From positions 1 through 62,316 of the forward strand of contig RFFQ01000075.1 of NCBI GenBank assembly GCA_003697105.1: 62,316 nucleotides of DNA, in the 5' to 3' direction. The translations under genes were made by a program, and so were the position numbers. Source of the DNA: Gemmatimonadota bacterium. GTDB lineage: Bacteria > 4572-55 > J002. The notes under the pieces are model-generated. The model did no database searches. It worked only from the letters and a program-made list of their open reading frames with translations, and was not told the origin of the DNA. Positions 42,591 through 52,563 of the stretch are shown here, in pieces. How positions within the stretch are numbered: the stretch's first letter is position 1; each line of letters starts with the position of its first letter.

Positions 42591-43850
42591 TTAGGAATTC
42601 ATGGTGCTTAGGAACTCTTCATTGCTTTTGGTACCATCCATGCGTTGCCGGAGAAATTCCATCGCTTCTACCGGACCGAGGTCATCCAAGAACCGGCGTA
42701 AGATTTTCATCCGGTTCATACGCATCTCCGGCACCAAGAGTTCAACTTTCCGGGTACCCGAACGGCTGAGGTCCATGCTGGGGAAGATCCATTTATCACT
42801 TAAGCGACGATCCAGCACCATATCCATGTTACCGGTACCTTTGAATTCCTCAAAAATAACTTCATCCATCCGGCTACCGGTTTCGATCAGTGCCGTTGCC
42901 AAAATGGTCAGACTACCGCCCTCTTCGATGTTTCGAGCGGCACCAAAAAACCGTTTCGGACGGTGAAGGGCATTCGCATCGACCCCACCAGACAGGATTT
43001 TGCCACTGTGCGGTACAACCGTATTGTACGCTCGGGCAAGGCGGGTAATACTGTCCAGCAAGATGACAACGTCATGTTTGTGTTCCACCAGACGCTTCGC
43101 CTTCTCCACCACCATTTCCGCAACTTGGACATGGCGTTGTGCTGGCTCATCAAAAGTGGAACTAATTACCTCCCCATCCACCGACCGTTGCATATCGGTG
43201 ACTTCTTCCGGGCGTTCGTCGATCAACAAGACAATCAATTTGATTTCGGGATGATTCTCCGTGATACTATTCGCAATTTTTTGGATGAGAACCGTTTTAC
43301 CCGCCCGCGGGGGTGCCACGATTAGCCCGCGTTGACCCTTGCCAATGGGTGTCATCAAATCAATAATGCGCGTACTGAGATCATTGGTCTTGCGGGACTC
43401 CAGCATCAATTTTTCGGTGGGATATAACGGGGTGAGGTTATCGAATAAAATTTTTTGTTTGGAATATTCCGGATTCTCAAAATTGACGGCTTCAATTTTC
43501 AACAGCGCAAAGAACCGCTCACCTTCTTTGGGAGGGCGAATCTGCCCGGAAATCGTGTCACCGGTACGGAGTTCAAACCGTTTAATTTGAGAGTTCGAGA
43601 CATAAATATCAGAGGGACCCGGCAAATAGTTGTAATCTGGAGAGCGCAAAAAGCCATACCCATCGGGCAAGATTTCCAGAACGCCCTCACCAAAAATCAA
43701 ACCGCTTTTTTCGGTCTGAGCCTTCAAAATTTCAAAGATAAGTTCCTGTTTGCGCATATTATGGTAACCCGATAGTTCCATTTCTTGCGCAACTTTGTAT
43801 AGATCGGGAATGGTACGCTTTTTAAGTTCAGCGATATCTAACGTGCTCAT
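42591..43850 (-). CDS. rho: Transcription termination factor Rho
   Basis: [45 protein letters not shown]. Confidence 0.98.
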   Translation of the reverse strand: MSTLDIAELKKRTIPDLYKVAQEMELSGYHNMRKQELIFEILKAQTEKSGLIFGEGVLEILPDGYGFLRSPDYNYLPGPSDIYVSNSQIKRFELRTGDTISGQIRPPKEGERFFALLKIEAVNFENPEYSKQKILFDNLTPLYPTEKLMLESRKTNDLSTRIIDLMTPIGKGQRGLIVAPPRAGKTVLIQKIANSITENHPEIKLIVLLIDERPEEVTDMQRSVDGEVISSTFDEPAQRHVQVAEMVVEKAKRLVEHKHDVVILLDSITRLARAYNTVVPHSGKILSGGVDANALHRPKRFFGAARNIEEGGSLTILATALIETGSRMDEVIFEEFKGTGNMDMVLDRRLSDKWIFPSMDLSRSGTRKVELLVPEMRMNRMKILRRFLDDLGPVEAMEFLRQRMDGTKSNEEFLSTMNS

Positions 43851-44150
43851 AAGTCTCCTTTGTGTAGAGAGTCAGAAGGTTGGTAAGTGGTGTGCACACA
43901 GTGCATAAACGGATAATAAAATAAACGGGCCGGCATGAGGGGAAAGAAGCTAGAATGTTAGGTTTGGACAATATCCATTGAATTAGCGCGAAAAAAGCGC
44001 CCATCAGCAAAATGGCTTACCATAAATGTTCCCAACAGGGATTCACTAACGAAGGATGTGCTTGAGGTATCGTGTTATAAATGCGAAAATCCGATAGGGT
44101 TAGGTCAAGTGGAGTCTATTGAAAGTATGAGGATTAATGCAAGTAGGCTT

Positions 44151-44179
44151 ATACTACTATTTTTGAAGTTTGCTGTCAA
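44151..44179 (-). promoter_or_regulatory. Putative rho promoter defining a roughly 290-nt leader
   Basis: TTGACA-17 bp-TAGTAT. Confidence 0.65.
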
Positions 44180-44195
44180 CCCCTTTTTGATGAAC

Positions 44196-45461
44196 TTAAT
44201 ACCGGTTTGAATCGGCAACCCGCTGAATGGAAGCCCCGACGGCATTTAGTTTGGTCTCAATACTCTCATAGCCGCGATCAATGTGGTAAACTCGGGAAAT
44301 GTGAGTTTCTCCTTCTGCTACCAGTCCGGCGAGTACTAAGGCGGCACTCGCACGTAGGTCACTTGCCATGACCGGCGCACCGCTAAGTTTATCAACCCCA
44401 TACACCACCGCCATGCCTTCATCCACATGAATATTAGCACCTAATCGATTCAATTCCATCGCATGATTAAAGCGGCTCTGAAAAACGGTTTCAGCGATCA
44501 TACTCGTCCCGGGGGTGACGCTCATCAATGCCATAAATTGGGCTTGCATATCGGTGGGAAATCCGGGATACGGCATGGTAGTCACATTGACGGCTTTCGG
44601 TAGGCGCGGGCAAGTGATCCGCACGGTACTTGGGGTTAGTTCCATGTTATAACCCGAACGGCGAAGTTTATTGATGACCGCTTCCGCTTGCATGGGGTCG
44701 CAATGGGTCAGTGTTAAATCGCCTTTGGTAATCGCTCCGGCAATTAAAAAGGTGCCCAGTTCGATGTAATCCGCGTAAATTGAGCATTCACACGGGTGCA
44801 ATTCAGCCACCCCTTCAATTTTGATCGTATCGGTACCCACCCCTTGAATTTTGGCGCCCATCTGCTGCAGCACTTCCCCTAAATTGATAATGTGCGGCTC
44901 CTTCGCACAGTTGTACAGCACGGTTGTACCTTCCGCCAGCACCGCAGACATCATCAAGTTGCACGTTGCCCCCACACTTGGAAAATCCAAATAAATTTCG
45001 GTGCCCTTTAGCCGGGAACACGTGGCGTGGATGTTTCCGTGTTTCAGTTCCACGGTCGCACCCAAGGTTTCCAGCCCCCGCAAATGATAATCAATGGGTC
45101 GAGGTCCAAAAGAACACCCGCCCGGCAAAGATACTTTCGCTTCACCCATTTTCGCCAACAGGGGTCCCAAAACATAAATCGAGGCGCGCATCGTTTTGAC
45201 CAGTTCGTAAGGCACTTCGTTAAAATCGTAGGTGGTGGTATCGATGGTCAACCTGTGATCCTCAAATTGGACTTTTGCCCCTAAAATACGGAGCAGATGC
45301 GCCATCGTCCGCATATCGACCAAATCCGGTACATTGTGAATCACCGTGGTCCCTTTGGTCAATAAGGTTGCCGCCATGACCGGCAGCACCGCATTTTTCG
45401 ACCCGCTGATGGGGAGTTCACCCCGCAAAGGCGAGCCGCCCGTGATGATGAATTTATCCAT
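44196..45461 (-). CDS. murA: UDP-N-acetylglucosamine 1-carboxyvinyltransferase
   Basis: SGSKNA, MRAS, LPGGCSFGPRP (Cys retained), PGFPTDMQ, SDLRA, HIDRGYE. Confidence 0.97.
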   Translation of the reverse strand: MDKFIITGGSPLRGELPISGSKNAVLPVMAATLLTKGTTVIHNVPDLVDMRTMAHLLRILGAKVQFEDHRLTIDTTTYDFNEVPYELVKTMRASIYVLGPLLAKMGEAKVSLPGGCSFGPRPIDYHLRGLETLGATVELKHGNIHATCSRLKGTEIYLDFPSVGATCNLMMSAVLAEGTTVLYNCAKEPHIINLGEVLQQMGAKIQGVGTDTIKIEGVAELHPCECSIYADYIELGTFLIAGAITKGDLTLTHCDPMQAEAVINKLRRSGYNMELTPSTVRITCPRLPKAVNVTTMPYPGFPTDMQAQFMALMSVTPGTSMIAETVFQSRFNHAMELNRLGANIHVDEGMAVVYGVDKLSGAPVMASDLRASAALVLAGLVAEGETHISRVYHIDRGYESIETKLNAVGASIQRVADSNRY

Positions 45462-45616
45462 ATCGCGATCCTATTGCTGAGAAGATGAAGTAATCCTGCT
45501 CCACCAGAGGCGTTTTTTTCAACGGGGAAAATAATACTTCCGCCGTCATTTATCAACCCACATTGGGAGGAAGCAAACCAAAATAGTAGCGTGTTCCAAA
45601 AAACAGGGCGTCCCAC

Positions 45617-45655
45617 AAAAAATCCCTGCCGGTTGGGAAAACTCGGCAGGGATTT
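45617..45655 (-). terminator. Intrinsic terminator after the Gld-type ABC operon
   Basis: AAATCCCTGCCG...CGGCAGGGATTT stem, U-tract on the minus strand. Confidence 0.8.
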
Positions 45656-45680
45656 CGACGATGGTTCATGTTTCAATCGA

Positions 45681-46625
45681 TTAACTTTCCGCTTCGCCTT
45701 CAGCCACCAGGTCTTTTCGGGTTTTCATCAGATTTTCCGTAAAACCCTTAGAGGTCACAAATAGAGGCAGATTGCCATCCTTACGGAGCAAATAACGGCG
45801 AGCATTGTCACCTTGGGGTACAATCTCCACGTTCGTCATCTTTCCATCACGCTGAACAATCTGAATCACTGCCGCCGGGTCATCGAACGCCGCCAGTTGA
45901 GTGCTATCGGGTTCATCGACAAAATCGATGGCATTCAAGCGAGCCAGCGCCCCCGCAAACCCACTGACAATATTCTCCTTGGTGGCATAACGGGTCGTAT
46001 CCCCATCGGGAACATAGAACCAAGCGGTATCGGCATTGACCAACTCGTATGTTTCATTGGGTAGCATTACCAGCGCTTTATCGACCTCTTCTCGTGGAAT
46101 TTTCAGCACCGATTTATCCCGCCAGTCCCGCGGGCTGCGGTTGACCAATGACTTGTAATTCCCTAACACTTGATAGATGTGATCTGAACCCGGCTTGCGG
46201 ATAAAGGTCAAGTTACCTGAAAATTTCCCGACCAAAATATCCAAAACCTGTGTTTCACCTTGATACACTTTGACCTGAATGGCTTCGTCATCCGTGATAC
46301 CAAACACCTCTTTTTTATCGGGATTATCCGAAATCAGGTCATCAAACTGGATGTTGTGAGCGGTATCTCTCAATAATCGTTCCATAAATGTCGGATTCGC
46401 CGGATAATCGACCGGATCGGTCACCCGCCATGTTTTATTTTTGAGTTCCAACACGACACTATCCGTGGGACGGGTGATCTCAAACCGGGTCACTTTGGCA
46501 GAATCCACCTCGACTATCCCCTGTTGGGTGTCCGCCACTTTCTTCACACCCTGATTTTTGCCGGTGAGTAGTACAACCACCAACAACACCACAAACACGC
46601 CCACCAGTACAATTGTCTTTTTCAT
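45681..46625 (-). CDS. DUF4340-domain protein
   Basis: N-terminal TM, two repeated domains, WRDK motif, typical position after a GldG-like gene. Confidence 0.8.
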   Translation of the reverse strand: MKKTIVLVGVFVVLLVVVLLTGKNQGVKKVADTQQGIVEVDSAKVTRFEITRPTDSVVLELKNKTWRVTDPVDYPANPTFMERLLRDTAHNIQFDDLISDNPDKKEVFGITDDEAIQVKVYQGETQVLDILVGKFSGNLTFIRKPGSDHIYQVLGNYKSLVNRSPRDWRDKSVLKIPREEVDKALVMLPNETYELVNADTAWFYVPDGDTTRYATKENIVSGFAGALARLNAIDFVDEPDSTQLAAFDDPAAVIQIVQRDGKMTNVEIVPQGDNARRYLLRKDGNLPLFVTSKGFTENLMKTRKDLVAEGEAES

Positions 46626-46643
46626 CGGTTATCTTCTCCCCTC

Positions 46644-48230
46644 CTAGATTTCGCGTTTACGACGGCGACGTACTTGCCAGTAGAGAATACCTAAAATGAT
46701 TACTACCAACGGCATCCCGAAGAAATTCGCATATTTGATCAGCGGTTTGGTAGCATCATCAACCTCTTTTAGCGGGCGGTCGGTGACCCCTTTGGAACGA
46801 ATCGAAATCAGCCCTTCACCCTGTGTCATCCAGTCGATCATATTCATCAAAAGGACGGTACCGGTCGCATTTTGGGTAAATTCTCCGTCCCCAAAGACAA
46901 CTAACCGGTTCTCACTTTGTGATTCCGGGATAACCTCATTCACCGGTAAATCGGTGGTTGGTTGGGGATTGTCTTCATCCACCTCTGGTGTAGGTGCACC
47001 CTTATCGGCAAAATAACTGTGGAATTTCCCGCTAATCACGGCTCCCACCGGCAGATATTGATCGACATACGATTGGCGGGGGATACGGTTCATCGGGTTA
47101 ATATCAAACCGGCCGGTTTGCGTCCCGCACAACTCAGAAGTGGTCGCCAAGACTTCAATATTCAGTCCCTTTTCAGGAGCGAGGGTTGTATCAATTGTAC
47201 TCAGAAAGGGGAATACAACCGCCTCAATATCCTTGACCATCACATGGTTGTCATTAAAATTACGCACTACCGGAATAAACGGAAACGGCATTTGCGTCCG
47301 CATAATAAAACCCCGTTGTTGTTGCTGGACGGAAACAGGCTGATTTGAGGCATCAAACACCAAATCCGCGTTGACTTTGATGCCGTAGGTCGCCAACCAA
47401 TCGTCCATCTCCAGCGGTAACGCCGTTGCCATACCAGACTGCAAATCCGCCTTAATGGGATCAAGCAAAAATGCTACTTTGCCCCCTTTCATAATGTATT
47501 GATCCACGGCGTACTGCTCCCATTCTGAAAGCGGCGTTTGAGGAGCGATGATCACCAGCGCATCAACATCATCCGGGATCAGGTCACTGCCTTCCAGCGT
47601 TAAATTTTGTACATTGTAGGATTTTTCCATTTCCACCCGCAACGCTTCATTGGAAAGCATATCCGGCTCATCATGACCCTGTAAAAAGGCAACTTTCGGT
47701 TTGGCATCCGATGTAATCCGCTGAATGGCGCTGGTCATATCATATTCAAAGCCATCCAAACGCTGGATGAACGGCATCACTTCCCGTTTGTCCTCATAGG
47801 AGATCACCAACCCCATATAGACCACTTTGGATTCCATCCGATCCTTTTCGAGCACATTGATTTGCACCGGAGAAATGCCCAATTGCTGGGCTTCTTGTTT
47901 GTTCTCCTCATTTTCATCAGGATTGATAAACTCATATTGTAAATTGCCGTTAGAATACGCCCGATATTCGTCCAGTTGATCCCGAATAAAGCGCTCATTG
48001 GCATTGTATGGCGGCGGTAAATCCTTGGAAAAATAGGCTTTAATCAGCACTTTATCATCGAGATTCCGCATGATCTCTTTACTTGCTTTGGAAAGCGAAT
48101 AAACCTGGTCTTCCGTCAGGTCAACCCGCACAAAAAAGCGTTGTGCTAAGATATTCACCAGCACCACAATCCCGATAACAATTAAAATCCCAACGGTCGT
48201 GTGGATAAAGTTGATGTTGCGTTGTTCCAT
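46644..48230 (-). CDS. GldG-like ABC transporter auxiliary component
   Basis: RVDLTEDQVYSLS, FLQGHDE, YIMKGGK, C-terminal TM followed by RRRRK. Confidence 0.85.
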   Translation of the reverse strand: MEQRNINFIHTTVGILIVIGIVVLVNILAQRFFVRVDLTEDQVYSLSKASKEIMRNLDDKVLIKAYFSKDLPPPYNANERFIRDQLDEYRAYSNGNLQYEFINPDENEENKQEAQQLGISPVQINVLEKDRMESKVVYMGLVISYEDKREVMPFIQRLDGFEYDMTSAIQRITSDAKPKVAFLQGHDEPDMLSNEALRVEMEKSYNVQNLTLEGSDLIPDDVDALVIIAPQTPLSEWEQYAVDQYIMKGGKVAFLLDPIKADLQSGMATALPLEMDDWLATYGIKVNADLVFDASNQPVSVQQQQRGFIMRTQMPFPFIPVVRNFNDNHVMVKDIEAVVFPFLSTIDTTLAPEKGLNIEVLATTSELCGTQTGRFDINPMNRIPRQSYVDQYLPVGAVISGKFHSYFADKGAPTPEVDEDNPQPTTDLPVNEVIPESQSENRLVVFGDGEFTQNATGTVLLMNMIDWMTQGEGLISIRSKGVTDRPLKEVDDATKPLIKYANFFGMPLVVIILGILYWQVRRRRKREI

Positions 48231-48305
48231 ATCGTCACACCTTTACGGTTTTAGATTTAACGATTGCAAAGTTAGCAGCCAGCAATAAAGAATAAACATG
48301 ATGGG

Positions 48306-49019
48306 TTAACGCCATTTCCGGCTTTCCAGCATGTAATTCGCCAGATAAAGCGAAAGAAAAATCATCGAAAAGTAGTACACCAAATCCCGTAGATCGATCA
48401 CACCCCGAGCAATATTACTAAAATGGTAATCCGCGCCCAGATATTCGATCAGGTTTGCCATAAAGGTCGGGACAAACACGATGATGTACTTATCCATCAA
48501 AAAGATAATAAACAGAATCGCAAAACTGATAATAAAAGCGACGATTTGGTTTCGGGCTAAGCTTGAGCCAAAAAGACCCACCGCCACAAAGGAGATGCCC
48601 ATCAGAATCAATCCCAAATACAGGCTAAAAATTTGCCCTAAATCCACATCTCCCAGCATCATCAACGTAATGGGATGGATCACGGTCAGCAAAATGGTGA
48701 TCGTGAGCAAGATACTGGCGGCAAAAAACTTACCCAGAATAATCTCATAATCTCGGATCGGCATGGTCACGAGCATCTCCAAAGTGCCGCTTTTGCGTTC
48801 TTCGGAAATCAGCCCCATGGTGATCGCGGGAATAAAAAAGGTAAAAACTAACGGTACCAGCGCCATTGAGGAGCGCATTTCCGCTTGACCATTCAGAAAC
48901 AACCCTGTGGAGAAAAAACCACCCACTAACAATAAAAAAACCACGATCACAATGTAGGCAATCGGTGAACTAAAGTAAGATTTGACCTCACGTTTACAAA
49001 TCGCAATGATATTTCGCAT
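48306..49019 (-). CDS. GldF-like ABC-2 permease
   Basis: REVKSYFSSPIAY, EERKSGTLEMLVT, RGVIDLRD. Confidence 0.88.
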   Translation of the reverse strand: MRNIIAICKREVKSYFSSPIAYIVIVVFLLLVGGFFSTGLFLNGQAEMRSSMALVPLVFTFFIPAITMGLISEERKSGTLEMLVTMPIRDYEIILGKFFAASILLTITILLTVIHPITLMMLGDVDLGQIFSLYLGLILMGISFVAVGLFGSSLARNQIVAFIISFAILFIIFLMDKYIIVFVPTFMANLIEYLGADYHFSNIARGVIDLRDLVYYFSMIFLSLYLANYMLESRKWR

Positions 49020-49033
49020 AGTTCCCTCATTCG

Positions 49034-49987
49034 CTAGTCATCCAGTGCAGGTTCAGACTGCGTTAAATTGTGGAATACACTTTCCAGACTGACTTGATCC
49101 CGGTGCATTTCCAATAAGACCCAGCCTTTGTCAACGGCGAGATGGAAGATCGACTCACGGATGTCGCTGCCTTTTTCGGCTTCGATTTCAAAAGCGGCAA
49201 CCTCAGCATTCGCATCACTAACCCACTTCACCGATTCCACCGCTTCCAGTTCTCGCAGGGCTTCAACCGCATCATCTGGGCTGGAAATTTTGGCTTCGAT
49301 TCGCACGCGTTCGGCACCTTGAGCGGCGGCTTGTAGCTCTTCCGGCGTTCCATCCGCTACTAACTGCCCGCGATTAATGATTAAAACCCGGTCACACGTC
49401 GCCTGAACTTCCGGCAGAATATGGGTGCTGAGGATCACGGTGTGCTCCCGCCCAATTTCACGGATCAAGCTCCGAATTTCAACAATCTGATTCGGGTCAA
49501 GACCAGACGTTGGTTCGTCCAAAATCAGGACATCCGGGTGATGGATCATGGCTTGTGCCAACCCCACCCGCTGGCGATACCCTTTGGAAAGTTGCCCAAT
49601 ATCTTTCTGGATCACCTCTTCCAAACCGCACACCTCAACCATCTCACGAATGCGATCCCGGCGGGCACTCCCATTAATCTGTCGAATTTCTGCCACAAAC
49701 TGAAGATAATCAACCACATTCATGTCCGGGTAAAGCGGGGCACTTTCCGGCAAATAACCCACCTTCCGGCGAGCTTCCAACGATTGTGTTACCACATCGT
49801 AACCGGCAATAGAGGCACTGCCGGAGGTCGGCGCCAAGTAGCCCGTTAAGACGCGCATCGTCGTGGTCTTACCAGCCCCATTGGGTCCTAAAAATCCCAA
49901 AATCTGCCCTTTGGGAACACTAAACGTCACATTATTCACGGCTTTTTGCGTGCCGTATGCCTTTACAAGACTTTCAACTTCAATCAT
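49034..49987 (-). CDS. GldA-like ABC transporter ATP-binding protein
   Basis: GPNGAGKTT, LSKGYRQR, LDEPTSGLDPNQ, STHILPEV. Confidence 0.9.
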   Translation of the reverse strand: MIEVESLVKAYGTQKAVNNVTFSVPKGQILGFLGPNGAGKTTTMRVLTGYLAPTSGSASIAGYDVVTQSLEARRKVGYLPESAPLYPDMNVVDYLQFVAEIRQINGSARRDRIREMVEVCGLEEVIQKDIGQLSKGYRQRVGLAQAMIHHPDVLILDEPTSGLDPNQIVEIRSLIREIGREHTVILSTHILPEVQATCDRVLIINRGQLVADGTPEELQAAAQGAERVRIEAKISSPDDAVEALRELEAVESVKWVSDANAEVAAFEIEAEKGSDIRESIFHLAVDKGWVLLEMHRDQVSLESVFHNLTQSEPALDD

Positions 49988-50271
49988 AATTCACCCAACA
50001 ATTAATTTAAGGAATGGACAATGAAGAATGACGCGTCATCCTGTTTGGAAAATGTTGTGATTTGTTAGCAGAGAAAACATCGCGGTGCAAATTGCAAAAA
50101 CGTTACCAAGCCCATCTGACCCCGACCTACACATATTATATCTACTTATTTTTCAATAGGATGCCGTATATTACCATTTAAAAGAATGGTCTAAATTATC
50201 CGCTCCGGTAGTGTATCTCGGAGAAACAGTGTAGTTATTGGTCTGTATCGGATAGAGACAGGAAGGGTCGG

Positions 50272-50976
50272 TCACGGGAGTTCCCGGAAAAGCGAAAACC
50301 AATGCGCATCCGGGTCGGCGTGGAAGGTCATCTGCTCTTGCCGTGTCGGATGAGTCAGCGTGATAGACCGGGCATGGAGCGCCAGCGCTTTAGGAGTGGA
50401 TAAGCGACGTGTTGCCCCATAACGGAGGTCGCCCACCAGTGGATAGCCCGCGTGCTGAAATTGCACCCGAATTTGATGATGTCGCCCCGTAGCCATCTCA
50501 ATTTCCACCCAAGAGATGCCGGCGGCATACCTCAACCGGCGATAATGAAGCTCGGCAATCTTCCCTCGATTCCCCTGAACCACCTGACTGCGTACCCCGT
50601 ACCGGGCAACCCGATCCCGCAAATGCCCCTCTTCCGGCGTTTTGCCTTCCACCAGTGCCCAATATATTTTGCGGATTTGCCGCTGCCGAAATTGTTCCGA
50701 AAGCCGCGCCGCCGCTTTAGACGTTCGCCCAAATACCACCACACCGGATGTGGGACGATCTAATCGATGCACCAATGCCAAAAACACATTGCCCGGCTTA
50801 TCAAATTGAACTTTTAAAAATTGACGACCCCACTCCAACAGAGAGGGGTCGCCGGTGGAATCCCCTTGTACCAGCATGCCCGCCGGTTTGCGGAGGACCA
50901 GCAAATGATTGTCAAGATAGATAACATCAATATGATGGTGATCGGTCACTCGTAACTCCTTGAATACCCCCAACAT
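50272..50976 (-). CDS. RluA-family pseudouridine synthase
   Basis: KPAG, HRLDRPTSG, TGRHHQIR, GDLRYG, LHA. Confidence 0.9.
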   Translation of the reverse strand: MLGVFKELRVTDHHHIDVIYLDNHLLVLRKPAGMLVQGDSTGDPSLLEWGRQFLKVQFDKPGNVFLALVHRLDRPTSGVVVFGRTSKAAARLSEQFRQRQIRKIYWALVEGKTPEEGHLRDRVARYGVRSQVVQGNRGKIAELHYRRLRYAAGISWVEIEMATGRHHQIRVQFQHAGYPLVGDLRYGATRRLSTPKALALHARSITLTHPTRQEQMTFHADPDAHWFSLFRELP

Positions 50977-51020
50977 GGAATAGCCGGCTCACCCCTACCA
51001 TTAGATGAAGTGAAAAGCCG

Positions 51021-52556
51021 TTAGACCCACAAGTCGCGGTCTAAACTGCGGTATTGAATCGCTTCACTGATATGGACGGGTTCGATTTGCGATGCACCAT
51101 CTAAATCCGCGATGGTACGCCCTACCTTCAAAATCCGGTTGTATGCCCGCGCACTTAACCCCAGATGATCGATGGCGTTTTTGAGCAATTTTTTGCTGGC
51201 TTCATCAATTTGACAATACCGTTCGATCAATTTCGGCGTCATGTGGGCATTGCAAAAGATGCCTTCGATCCCCTCAAACCGTTTCAGTTGGATTTGCCGC
51301 GTGCGATCGACCCGTTCCCGAATCCTAGCAGAGGTTTCGCCGGTCGCTTCTCCGCTGAGTTCCTTGTATTTGACTGCCGGAACTTCAATGTGCAAATCGA
51401 TCCGGTCTAGGAGCGGACCCGACACCCGCGAGATATACCGTTGAATTTGGGGAGGTGTACAACGGCATTTATTCGAGGAATCCCCGTAAAAGCCGCAGGG
51501 ACAGGGGTTCATTGCCGCCACGAGGGTAAATCGACTTGGAAAGGTGAGCGTCACCATTGCGCGGGAGATGGTCACTTGCCCATCTTCCAAAGGCTGGCGC
51601 ATGACCTCCAGCACATTGCGATTGAATTCGGGTAATTCGTCCAAAAACAGGACACCGTGATGAGCTAAACTGACCTCTCCCGGCGAGGGATACCGCCCGC
51701 CGCCGATCAAACCGGCACCTGAAATGGTATGGTGAGGAGACCGGAACGGACGCGTCGCGATGAGTGCCATGCCGCCCGGTAACAACCCGGACACCGAGTG
51801 AATCTTGGTCACTTCCAAAGCTTCATCTAGGCTCAATTGGGGCAAAATGGTCGGCACCCGACGGGCTAACATGGTTTTACCTGACCCCGGCGGTCCAATC
51901 ATAATCACGTTGTGCCCCCCCGCTGCCGCAACTTCCAATGCGCGCTTAACGTGTTGTTGTCCTTTCACATCTTGAAAATCCAGATGGTACACGGCTTTTT
52001 TTTCAAAAACCTCACTCAAATCCACGCGATGCGGTGCGATGCGAATCTCCCGATTGAGCAGTTGGATCGTTTCCAACAAGGTGTCCACCGGATAGACGCC
52101 AATATCGGGGACGAGCGCCGCTTCCGAGGCATTACCGGTGGGGACAATCAGCCCTTTGATGCCTTGCTCGCGAACTGCCACCGCAATGGAAAGGACCCCT
52201 TGTACTGGCTTAATACGCCCATCCAATGAGAGTTCACCAACCATGACGACTTTGTTCAGCGATGCCGTATCGACCTGACCCGTTGCGGCAAGGATGCTGA
52301 TCGCAATTGGCAGATCAAATGCCGCTCCAGATTTCCGTACATCTGCCGGCGCTAAATTGACCGTCACTTTATTGGGCGGAAACCGGTAGCCGCTGTTCTT
52401 GATCGCCGCCATAACACGATCCCGGCTCTCCTTGACCGCGGCATCCGGCAAACCCACCACGTCAAAACGCGGTATCTGGCTGGAAATGTCGGTTTCAACC
52501 TCAACCCCAAACCCATCAATTCCCCGAATTGAGGCGCTGAGTACTTTTGCAATCAT
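51021..52556 (-). CDS. comM: ComM/YifB Mg-chelatase-like AAA+ ATPase
   Basis: VGLPDAAVKES, NLAPAD, GPPGSGKT, RPFRSPHH, LFLDELPEF, NPCPCG, SGPLLDRID. Confidence 0.93.
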   Translation of the reverse strand: MIAKVLSASIRGIDGFGVEVETDISSQIPRFDVVGLPDAAVKESRDRVMAAIKNSGYRFPPNKVTVNLAPADVRKSGAAFDLPIAISILAATGQVDTASLNKVVMVGELSLDGRIKPVQGVLSIAVAVREQGIKGLIVPTGNASEAALVPDIGVYPVDTLLETIQLLNREIRIAPHRVDLSEVFEKKAVYHLDFQDVKGQQHVKRALEVAAAGGHNVIMIGPPGSGKTMLARRVPTILPQLSLDEALEVTKIHSVSGLLPGGMALIATRPFRSPHHTISGAGLIGGGRYPSPGEVSLAHHGVLFLDELPEFNRNVLEVMRQPLEDGQVTISRAMVTLTFPSRFTLVAAMNPCPCGFYGDSSNKCRCTPPQIQRYISRVSGPLLDRIDLHIEVPAVKYKELSGEATGETSARIRERVDRTRQIQLKRFEGIEGIFCNAHMTPKLIERYCQIDEASKKLLKNAIDHLGLSARAYNRILKVGRTIADLDGASQIEPVHISEAIQYRSLDRDLWV

Positions 52557-52563
52557 GTTCGAC

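Noticed and set aside
45681-49987. GldAFG-like genes as evidence of gliding motility
   Set aside because: This ABC-2/GldG/DUF4340 cassette is widespread in non-gliding bacteria, and no gldK-N or spr genes are present here.
49988-50271. AT-rich intergenic region as a possible array or ncRNA
   Set aside because: No repeat-spacer pattern or recognisable RNA motif.
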